Positions 39,166 through 47,280 of a DNA stretch of 47,280 nucleotides are shown one piece after another. Position 1 is the first letter of the stretch, and each line of letters begins with the position of its first letter. The notes beneath the pieces were generated by a model. That model saw nothing but the letters and a program-made list of their open reading frames with translations. It was not told where the DNA came from and made no database searches. A program made the translations under genes and the position numbers. Source of the stretch: Hydrurus foetidus (taxonomy: Eukaryota); NCBI GenBank assembly GCA_900617105.1, contig UYFQ01000530.1:62001-109280 (forward strand), written 5' to 3'.

Positions 39166-39778
39166 CGAAGCTTGGTAATTGTGTCAGTTCAAATTACTGT
39201 ATCTTACAACTCTCATGATGAGGTCAATCAGTGATTTTCATAGCATGAAAAGAGTCAGATAACGCATAATAACGGAATCCGAAATTAATTTTTTTTCGGA
39301 TATTTGAAAAAAAGGTCAAATAAAAAAATCGTAACCACTCTAATAGAACCGAATCTATATCTGAATTGGAGGTGGGTCCCGCCGTGGGGGGTACCAGGTG
39401 GGGGATAATTTAGTGTATGCTGTGCACAACGAGTCGACCGTAACTGCCGTAGGCTTTGAGGCGTTTGATTTCTGCCAGATAATTGATGACAAATCTCCTC
39501 ACAACGTGTTTGATTTGTTTTCTGATTACATAAGCACCCCTATTTCGTTTCAGAAATAAAAATCATTCTTAAAGCAATCATGATAATTTTCGGAAGAGAT
39601 ATGAAATTACCGCAACTGATAGCCCAGAATTCTCCTGTGAAGGATTAATTGCCTGGGTTGTTGGAAAGTAATGAGACCTTTTTTAAATTTAAACTTTGAA
39701 GACAAGAAAAAAGCCGAATATGTATAATTGATTTGAACACTTTTTAACGTCGCTGAAGTTCGTAAAATACAAGCGTAT

Positions 39779-39995
39779 TATGGCCTAACTCTGGGCTCAG
39801 CGGTGGGTCTGATGGAACGGGGCGCGTGGGCAAGGGGAAGGCAGCTGGTGTGCTGGTGCTATTGCTAAAGAGATGTGGTTAGCTTACAGATAAACACAGC
39901 GATAGGCAAGTCATGAATCGGATGGCTCGGATCGTCCCCGATCCGAACCGAACGTACGCCTGTACCCGTACAGCTGTACAGCTGTGCGGGTCACA
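39779..39995 (-). repeat. 3' LTR (217 bp)
   Basis: Matches 47066-47280 with 2 differences. On the minus strand it begins TGTGAC and ends GCCATA (GCCACA in the other copy). Confidence 0.95.
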
Positions 39996-39999
39996 ATGG

Positions 40000-40010
40000 C
40001 CCCTCTCTTT
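40000..40010 (-). other. Polypurine tract (AAAGAGAGGGG)
   Basis: Purine run on the minus strand, 4 nt before the 3' LTR. Confidence 0.8.
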
Positions 40011-40218
40011 GGAAGAAAAGGTGTACTAAATTTTTCATTAACAAACTTATCTATGTCTAAATACTAACATAAAACTACTATCTCAGACTTAAAACATAAA
40101 GTTCGTACTGAGTAAACCTCCCTAAAATCTGTTAGGATGAAAATTGGGAGTAATCTTTATGATTTAGTGTTTTTTTTTTTTTTTTTTGTAAACCTTTGTG
40201 TTTTATACTGTGTATCGG

Positions 40219-41430
40219 TTAACGATAATTTGCAGCAAATTTACTTGGAATCAAGTGTTTTAGGTTTTTAGCAATTAAGAACTCGTGGACTTTTTCAGCG
40301 TCACGCATGTTTTTCCACGGTTCCCAAGTGTTTCTGTCGTGGGGATAATTTAGCCACTTGACGTGAAACTTTAATGTTCCCACCACTCGGATGTTCCCTT
40401 CCATTGCTAGGATATCTTCGATAAAGAATTCGAGATAATCTCGTCGGGCGATATCGGTTGGGTTGACCTTTGTAGGGTCAAACTCAAATTGTTTAATATT
40501 TGATACATGGTATCTTTTTTCGCGGTTGGTAATAAGATCGAGTAGTGTATACTCGTCGAGATCGTTTGCGACCACTTGCATGGGACCTTTCCATAAAGTG
40601 TGCATGCGTGTTGGTTTTGATGTGCGGTGGGTAACCAGTACCAACGAGTCGATTTCGAACGTTGTGTAGTCGGTGGAACCGCCTGCTTTTCGTTTCTCGT
40701 CCGCTTCTTTGAGTAGTTCAGCAGTGATTCTGATGAGTTCATCTTGCATCTGCATAATTTTCTCAGTAGAATGGGTGACATGAGCCATGTCTAAGTTTAT
40801 CTCATCTCGAGGGAGAAGGATGTTGGCATCAAGGTCAATAGCATTGCCGTATATAAGCTTTGCTGCTGTTGACTGTGTCCGTACGTTGAATGTCGTATTT
40901 ATAATTCGTTGTACGAATGGTAAAATTTCTCGGTAGTTTTCCGTAGTTGCACGGTCAAATGTAAATGCCGTGATGTGTCGGTTAATTTCCTTATTCATAC
41001 GCTCTACTATCGAGTTTTCTTGCGAAGAGTATGGTAGAATAAGGTTGTGTGTTGTACCGGCAACTTTTACAAATTCCTCGAGGATTTTGTTTACGAAATG
41101 GGAACCGTTATCGGATCGCAGGAATTTGGGAGCTCCGTAGCGACCGATGTGTTCTATTAGGCCTGTTACGGCTGATTTTGCAGTATTATCAGTTGTGGCT
41201 GATAGTTCGACAAACCTTGTGAAGGTGTCTACCATAACAAGGATGTATCCTTTATCCGGGAATGGACCAATAAAGTCTATGTTTATGCATTCCATAGGTG
41301 CATATGTTGATGTTGTGAAACGATGGGTGACGGGTTTTTGTTTGTCAGCAGACATCTTTTGGCAACACGGGCATTGTTTAATGTATGCTCTTATATCGTG
41401 TCTCATGCCTTCCCATACTTTCCCTATTTT
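40219..41430 (-). CDS. pol: pol: integrase (HHCC end, DDE core) + C-terminal chromodomain
   Basis: CPCCQK, INIDFIGP, LRSDNGSHF, SIVERMNK, WKGP, FFIEDIL...FHVKWLNYPHDRNTWEPWKNM. Joined to the RT/RH frame through a one-base shift near 41430. Confidence 0.93.
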   Translation of the reverse strand, partial: KIGKVWEGMRHDIRAYIKQCPCCQKMSADKQKPVTHRFTTSTYAPMECINIDFIGPFPDKGYILVMVDTFTRFVELSATTDNTAKSAVTGLIEHIGRYGAPKFLRSDNGSHFVNKILEEFVKVAGTTHNLILPYSSQENSIVERMNKEINRHITAFTFDRATTENYREILPFVQRIINTTFNVRTQSTAAKLIYGNAIDLDANILLPRDEINLDMAHVTHSTEKIMQMQDELIRITAELLKEADEKRKAGGSTDYTTFEIDSLVLVTHRTSKPTRMHTLWKGPMQVVANDLDEYTLLDLITNREKRYHVSNIKQFEFDPTKVNPTDIARRDYLEFFIEDILAMEGNIRVVGTLKFHVKWLNYPHDRNTWEPWKNMRDAEKVHEFLIAKNLKHLIPSKFAANYR

Positions 41431-43423
41431 TTAGGTTTCGCAAAGTGCGATTGAATCCTCCGTGCCCAACGGTAGAGTTGTGGACACGCATTAAGTATGC
41501 ATATATTTCCGCTGCAAGCGGTTTGCAAGTTAGGATTGCTGTTATGATGTGTTTCGGCATCTTGTTTTTACATAGGCGTGACATTGCGTCAGCGACTTCA
41601 TTATTTTTCCCAGGGATATACCCTATCGTAAAATCTAATTCCTGTAGCGCACAGCGCCATCTTCCGACCATCTCATTTTTATCCTTGTGCAGGAAAGTAA
41701 GATTTTTGTGATCGGTCAGGATAGTAAACTTACGATCTCGTAGCAGGGCGTCGAGATAGTCACAGCAAAAGTAAAGGGCGTAAGCCTCTTTTTGTATTAC
41801 GGACCATTTCAACTGGGTCTTGGTAAGAGATTTGCTTACGAGAGCGACGAGTTGTTTGACTCCGTCGACTTCTTGATATAAATAACCACCTATACCGTAG
41901 TCAGACGCATCTGTCATGAGGGTAATAGGTGCTACATCGTCGATGAAATATAATAAGGGACTCTTGGAGATAAGATCTTTGACTAACGTAAACGCGTCGG
42001 CCGCTTCGTCTGTCCAGACAAGCAATGTTTGCTTTTTGGCGGCGTGATCTATCATTTTGTGTAGCGGTGCTACCACATTTGAGTGATTTGGTACATGATC
42101 CCTAAAGTAATTGGTGAGACCGAGGAACGAACGTAGTTCAGTTGTCTTTCTTGGCATCGGAAAGTCAGTCACACCCGTTATCTTTTTGGAGCTCATTGAT
42201 ATACCTTCCTTAGATATTTGTCTACCAACATATTCAACTACTTTGACGTTAAGTCTTAGCTTTGCAGCCTTGAGTGAAATGTTTTTATCTTCTAGACGTT
42301 GAAACAATGTTTCTAAACGTTCACAGAATTGGATGTGTCCATCAGCATATATGATGATGTCGTCTAAATAGACTTCACAGATGCTGTATATAAGGCCAAG
42401 TAGTACTATTGACGCCATCATCTGTTGAAAGTATGATGGGGCCATCTTGGGACCGAATGGTAGTCGTGTGAATTGGTATATACCCATAAATGTTATAAAT
42501 GCGGTAAATACTTGTGCCGCCAGTGTTATTGGGGCTTGGTGGTATCCGGCCGTAAGGTCGATTACGCCGAATACGTTTGGCCGTTGCGCGCCAAGTCTGT
42601 ATAACATTTGTTTTATATTTGGGATCGGCCAACTTGCAGATTCGGTTGCCTCATTGAGGTTCCTGTAATCTATGCAGAATCGGAGTGAACCGTCTGGTTT
42701 ATTTGCAAGTATTACTTGGGAGTAATATGAGGCATCGGATGGTTTTATTATTCCCTTTTTGAGCATTGCTACGATTTGTTTCCTGATTTCCTCTTGTCGC
42801 ATCGTTGAAGCGACTCTGGGAGCACCCCGATTACGGAAGTGTTTCCATTGAGGTATGTTTACCTTTTTGAAATCGAAAGGGGGAATTCGAGCGGGTTCTG
42901 GACCCAGCTCGTTTTTGAAAAGCGATTTGTGTTTTATGCAAATCGCTTTAATTTCGGCAATCTCAGTTGGTGTACCATCGATATGTATTAAATCAATTAA
43001 GTACATCGAATCGTTGTTTTGATTGTCTTGAAAAGGAGCGAAGGTATCCTTCGACTTGTAGTCGATCCCTTCCTTATCACGGAAAGACCGAACCTCAGGG
43101 AGGTCTTCGTCTTCCTCCCTAAGTAGAGCTGCCGCAATACCACGCGTTTCGGTTGGTGTTATGGATGAGGGTGTAAGAGTAGCTACTCTCTTACGCCTTT
43201 TGGTTTTTACACCAGATCCATTCTGACGCGGAAGTGGCAACACTAGTGTTGTCAAATTGGTGGTGCGTAGTATGGACTCATCGGAAGCAAGCTGAGCAAC
43301 TGCCGTCGCTGAGCTTGTAGAACACCCGCATGAAGAGTTGCAAGTCTTGTGTGTACAAGCACCTCGAGCTACCAGGTTATCCTGCCGGGGAAAGTCTGTA
43401 GTCGAGGGATTTATGCCCTCCAT
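41378..43423 (-). CDS. pol: pol: reverse transcriptase + RNase H
   Basis: LRFCIDYRNLN, IDLTAGYHQ, RLPFG, VYLDDIII, LRSFLGLTNYFR, TDASDYGIGG, TDHKNL, NEVADAMSR. Confidence 0.96.
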   Translation of the reverse strand: MEGINPSTTDFPRQDNLVARGACTHKTCNSSCGCSTSSATAVAQLASDESILRTTNLTTLVLPLPRQNGSGVKTKRRKRVATLTPSSITPTETRGIAAALLREEDEDLPEVRSFRDKEGIDYKSKDTFAPFQDNQNNDSMYLIDLIHIDGTPTEIAEIKAICIKHKSLFKNELGPEPARIPPFDFKKVNIPQWKHFRNRGAPRVASTMRQEEIRKQIVAMLKKGIIKPSDASYYSQVILANKPDGSLRFCIDYRNLNEATESASWPIPNIKQMLYRLGAQRPNVFGVIDLTAGYHQAPITLAAQVFTAFITFMGIYQFTRLPFGPKMAPSYFQQMMASIVLLGLIYSICEVYLDDIIIYADGHIQFCERLETLFQRLEDKNISLKAAKLRLNVKVVEYVGRQISKEGISMSSKKITGVTDFPMPRKTTELRSFLGLTNYFRDHVPNHSNVVAPLHKMIDHAAKKQTLLVWTDEAADAFTLVKDLISKSPLLYFIDDVAPITLMTDASDYGIGGYLYQEVDGVKQLVALVSKSLTKTQLKWSVIQKEAYALYFCCDYLDALLRDRKFTILTDHKNLTFLHKDKNEMVGRWRCALQELDFTIGYIPGKNNEVADAMSRLCKNKMPKHIITAILTCKPLAAEIYAYLMRVHNSTVGHGGFNRTLRNLKNRESMGRHETRYKSIH

Positions 43424-43720
43424 GACAAAAATGCCAGGAGGTAGTGGGGACCCTGGGTCAGCTATTTTACTTTCCTTTTGGACAGTGTCCTTTTCCGTTA
43501 GTAACGGTAAAGGAATTTCCGTTTGGATTGTGTCTGCTGACGCTGATTCGGCTGATATTACCTCGGGGGTAGTTCGGTGTCTATGAGTACCGTGTGTGGT
43601 ACTTGTGCATCGTCCTCAGCCGAGAACGACACCCTTTGTTTTTTAGCGGTGAAGCTGGTATCGCACTAGGCGTTATTTTATCGAGGTTCTGGAAGAACTC
43701 TGGTATTATTTTTACCAAAT

Positions 43721-46516
43721 TTAAATTTTTATAGTCTGTAATCCTAAGATTAGGTCGACTTTTGACTCCGGAGCTATTCGGACAGGAAGACTAAAAGTGT
43801 GTTTTAAATCGTCTTTATTAAATGATACAACAATATCAAGCACATTTGTAGATTCTACACATTGATTATTTAAGCCACTACACATCCACATGGGTGAGTC
43901 GGATTTCCTCAAGTGGGTTTCGCCACGGAGGCCCCGAAGGACTCTACCGTTGATGACGTCCCCGACTTGACATCCAGTGTCGATTTGGGCTAGGGCTTCC
44001 ATGCCTCTAGTTTGGTACGTATTGGTTGGAGGAGGAGGAAGACGAGGAAGATTTGTGTCTGTCCCCCTCCTTGCTCTCCGCCTGGTGCGAGTTGTCCCTG
44101 CGATCGTCAGGTCGGTCGCGACTTGGTTTGAAATTTGCGATCGGATCTGTGGTAGAGATATGTGAACTTGTAAGAAATCATCTATGTTTTCAGTTAATAC
44201 AGCTGATAGAAGTTGTTTCATTGACGGTAATTCTCGAGCGTACTCGATTATGTCCGTACTTGGGTTAGCAAGTTGTGACTTACTTTTTCCCTTGTAGTTG
44301 GAGCTCAACTTGTTCGTGTTAGAACGATCGTTGTCCCTATCCGGTTGAGTCTGGTTGCTCTTGTACTTGTTGTACTTGGTGTTGTTGTTGGTGGCCAGCT
44401 TTTGTTTCTTGGTCGGACGGTCGTCTTGGGCTCTCCCTGGAGGAGAGAAGTCGTTCTCCACATCGTCAGATGGGTACACGTAGGTAGCTGCCCCGGGGTT
44501 GTTGGTGTCCCGGGTAAGTTCCCCGTTGATGTACACATTTGGTACGAAGAATTCGTGACCAATCCGTTTGAAGTCCTTTGCCTCCTCAGACTGCGACCAA
44601 GTGCGATGGCTACGGTTGCAGTGAGGGTTCATGTGGTTTTGGCATTCGTAACGGTTGTGTCCCTTTTTGCCACAGGTGTGACAGAAGTTGGTCGCCCGGC
44701 TGAGGCCGGACGACTCAGGGTCCACCTGACGTTTTGGGATTGCCTTGTAGGCGTTAGCCGAGTGGCTGTCACGGTGAGGTGCGACCTCAGCGTCGTCTTG
44801 GTCGGTTGGCGTGAGCTTTGACTCGAAGACGAAGTCGAGACCTCCCATGTCCTCCGCGTCTTTGATCATCTGGCGTGCTTCGCCCAGCATGACGACAAGA
44901 CGCGTGAGCATTTTGAAGATGGTATCTTTCCCGGTCTTTTTCGTCTTACGTTTTGTCTTTGCCATGAAATTGTCTGTAAACTTGTTGTTCTTTGGCAGCT
45001 TCTTGTAGAAGGCCTTACAGATATCATTTTGCATGTCGGCATCGATATTGTCGTATGACGTCCAGAATCCGAGTAGGATGTCACGGAACTCAGAGAGAGC
45101 TCTGTCTTCAACAGAAGGATCTTTCCAGCTGATGCGGAATTTGCAATTCTTCAACTTCATTTCGAAGTCGAAATGGGAAGACGTACGTTTGTTTTTGTAA
45201 AAGATCTTTTTAAGATCATTTGCAATGTTCTTTAACGTTAACGTTTTGCCTTCGACCGTTGGCCAGGCGAGACAAGTCTTGGTGTTGTAACCTGTCTCGC
45301 TTTTGCATCGAAGCAACTGGTCGCGGATCGTTTGGATGGCATCCATTTCGATTAGCATTTCCCAACTGGTTAACATACCGGGGCGGTATGCTTGTTCGTA
45401 AAACGCTCTTGCTGCTTTATCAGCGTCGTCGAGAAGTTTTTCTCGAGTGAGGTAGTACGCCTCCTTCATGTTGATGATGGAGGTTTGCAAACCCGCTTTG
45501 CGTTGTGGAGGGGAATCCTCTTCCGAGTTTTCCGCCTTTTGCGCGCGGTGTGTTTTACCGGATTTGGCATCGGCTTTGGTTTTCACCTTTTTGTCCTTTG
45601 GGGCGGGTTTGGGACCCGCCTTTGGGGACTTTTTCTTGGCGAGGGGTTTTATCTTAAGGGACTTCTTGTCCTTGGGCTTAGACTTTTCGGGTTCGACCTC
45701 CTCGTCGTCTTCGACTTCGACTTCAGCTTTCGCCTCATCGTCGTCGCTGTTGTCGTTCCCGTCGTCGTCCCCGTCACCCTCTCCGTCGTCCCCGTCGCCA
45801 CTACTTGCGTCGGACTCGTCGGAGGAGCTGTCGGGGTTGCCACCATCGCCTCCCGTGTCGTTAACGTCGTCGACGTTACTGTCGTTGTCGTCGTCGGACT
45901 CGTCGGGGGGTTTGTCGTCGTCGTTGTTGTTGGCATTGTCGTCACCGTCGGCGTCAGCCTCCGGATCTGACTCGGCGTCGGCCTCGGCCTTGCCGGTGTC
46001 GGATGCCTTTGTTGTTGTGACTGTGGCGTCGACTGATGGTTCGAACAGATCGTCCTCTGCACCGATTTGTTGCAGTCGCGGAGGGAGTATTGAGGTTTCT
46101 CCCCCTCTTTTTAGGTACCCGCGGGTATCGAGAGGGGAGTCTGTCTCGCCCTCGGCTTCCTCGGGTGCCAACCCGAGGAGCTCGTCGTTTGAGGGCTCTA
46201 AAGCGTCGGCAGCAGCTTGTGCAGCAGCTATTTGTGCTTGCTCTAGCTTGTGAGCTGCTTGCATTTCTTTTGTTGCCGCTAAGACGCTTTGGAAGAAAAT
46301 TTGTTCGTCCTCAAGACGAGTTGGGGTAGCCGAAACATGTATTGCTTCTTTGGCCAGAGCCTGTATCGATTTCTCGATGTTTTGCTTTACAAGGGCCTGC
46401 TCCGCTTTGTGCTTCTCCTTCTCAGTGAGAGGAGCACTGCGCGAAGCGCTTGGAGCTGAAGAAGTAGAGGCGGCTGCGCTAGCAGCCGCTTTCTTCTTTA
46501 TTTGGGCCCTTGTCAT
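43721..46516 (-). CDS. gag: gag (CCHC knuckle) + aspartic protease
   Basis: 931-aa ORF containing CHTCGKKGHNRYEC, then ALAQIDTGC...DLILG, with a long acidic and then Lys-rich N-terminal extension. Confidence 0.88.
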   Translation of the reverse strand: MTRAQIKKKAAASAAASTSSAPSASRSAPLTEKEKHKAEQALVKQNIEKSIQALAKEAIHVSATPTRLEDEQIFFQSVLAATKEMQAAHKLEQAQIAAAQAAADALEPSNDELLGLAPEEAEGETDSPLDTRGYLKRGGETSILPPRLQQIGAEDDLFEPSVDATVTTTKASDTGKAEADAESDPEADADGDDNANNNDDDKPPDESDDDNDSNVDDVNDTGGDGGNPDSSSDESDASSGDGDDGEGDGDDDGNDNSDDDEAKAEVEVEDDEEVEPEKSKPKDKKSLKIKPLAKKKSPKAGPKPAPKDKKVKTKADAKSGKTHRAQKAENSEEDSPPQRKAGLQTSIINMKEAYYLTREKLLDDADKAARAFYEQAYRPGMLTSWEMLIEMDAIQTIRDQLLRCKSETGYNTKTCLAWPTVEGKTLTLKNIANDLKKIFYKNKRTSSHFDFEMKLKNCKFRISWKDPSVEDRALSEFRDILLGFWTSYDNIDADMQNDICKAFYKKLPKNNKFTDNFMAKTKRKTKKTGKDTIFKMLTRLVVMLGEARQMIKDAEDMGGLDFVFESKLTPTDQDDAEVAPHRDSHSANAYKAIPKRQVDPESSGLSRATNFCHTCGKKGHNRYECQNHMNPHCNRSHRTWSQSEEAKDFKRIGHEFFVPNVYINGELTRDTNNPGAATYVYPSDDVENDFSPPGRAQDDRPTKKQKLATNNNTKYNKYKSNQTQPDRDNDRSNTNKLSSNYKGKSKSQLANPSTDIIEYARELPSMKQLLSAVLTENIDDFLQVHISLPQIRSQISNQVATDLTIAGTTRTRRRARRGTDTNLPRLPPPPTNTYQTRGMEALAQIDTGCQVGDVINGRVLRGLRGETHLRKSDSPMWMCSGLNNQCVESTNVLDIVVSFNKDDLKHTFSLPVRIAPESKVDLILGLQTIKI

Positions 46517-47065
46517 GGGACTTTTGTCTTGAGTTGGAAACGTCTTGATCTTGGGGTCTTGGACAGCGACGGAACTCGGACGCGGCTCTCTATGGAGCTG
46601 AGGATATAGCCCCGCAGCTATGATGTCGTGGGATCGTAGGATCCTTTAAACGATGGAGCTGTTGGGGGTTTACTTTCGCGCGATTTCGTCGGAAATCGCT
46701 CGAAAAATTGCCTGGCGGTTTGAACCTGTCAAGGAGCTAAACTGCGGGCGTTTTGGCCAGCTTTCGTTTCTCTAACGATGGGACTTGCTTTTGCTCGACT
46801 CAGAGCTACTTGCTTCGTTAGGCTTCGAGTTTTGAAGCCGTCACGATTTTGTCGCGAAAATATCGACGACTCGAACTTTTTAACGAAAGCGTTTCAGAGG
46901 CTGTCGGTTAGACGTAGCCTTTGTAGTGTCTTTCGACGTTGTTTTCACTTGTTTCCAAGTTACTAGCTTGTTTGCACGCCGTTTTACGGGTCGTGGCGAT
47001 GTTTTTGGGAAGCGTTTTGGAACTGGTCTCTAAAAAGAGCACCAAGTTGGTCCAAATACTAGTAT

Positions 47066-47280
47066 TGTGGCCTAACTCTGGGCTCAGCGGTGGGTCTGAT
47101 GGAACGGGGCGCGTGGGCAAGAGGAAGGCAGCTGGTGTGCTGGTGCTATTGCTAAAGAGATGTGGTTAGCTTACAGATAAACACAGCGATAGGCAAGTCA
47201 TGAATCGGATGGCTCGGATCGTCCCCGATCCGAACCGAACGTACGCCTGTACCCGTACAGCTGTACAGCTGTGCGGGTCA
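47066..47280 (-). repeat. 5' LTR (truncated by window end)
   Basis: Direct repeat of 39779-39993. Confidence 0.95.

Larger units (their letters stand above)
31395..39341. mobile_element. Outer PIF/Harbinger-superfamily (PHIS, Pangu-like) transposon, interrupted by the inner element
   Basis: AAT duplication at 31392-31394 and 39342-39344. Removing the inner element rebuilds the left end AAATTGGTTGCGATTTCCGTTATTTGACCTT, which matches the reverse complement of the right end AGAGTGGTTACGATTTTTTTATTTGACCTT. Carries a convergent DDE transposase and Myb/SANT-like ORF. Confidence 0.72.
39779..47280 (-). mobile_element. Full-length Ty3/Gypsy chromovirus-type LTR retrotransposon (~7.5 kb); the 5' LTR is cut ~2 nt short by the window edge
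   Basis: Direct repeats at 39779-39995 and 47066-47280. Domain order gag-PR-RT-RH-IN-chromodomain. Polypurine tract next to the 3' LTR. Confidence 0.96.

Noticed and set aside
45392..46329. Long plus-strand ORFs opposite gag
   Set aside because: Antisense shadows of the low-complexity GAC-rich gag region, with no domain signal.

Overview
Intron-rich eukaryotic genomic DNA. The gene content suggests a stramenopile or similar protist (inference). The left ~27.7 kb is host genes: a large minus-strand gene running off the window start (receiver-like domain + Ser-less alpha/beta-hydrolase fold + 4 or more IQ motifs), TAM41, a 715-bp fold-back MITE, an AASDH/ACSF4-type NRPS-like gene (A-T-PQQ propeller), and two tandem paralogous surface proteins, one with a 22 x 60-bp mucin repeat. 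The right ~19.5 kb is a transposon cluster: a degenerate fold-back, a decayed MULE-like element, and a small TTAGGG-containing element, with TATATGAT at each junction. These are followed by two PIF/Harbinger-superfamily elements with A-N-T target duplications, the younger inserted inside the left TIR of the older, and a young chromodomain-bearing Ty3/Gypsy element with near-identical LTRs. No prokaryotic features or true CRISPR array were found. All assignments come from reading motifs by eye; no database searches were run.
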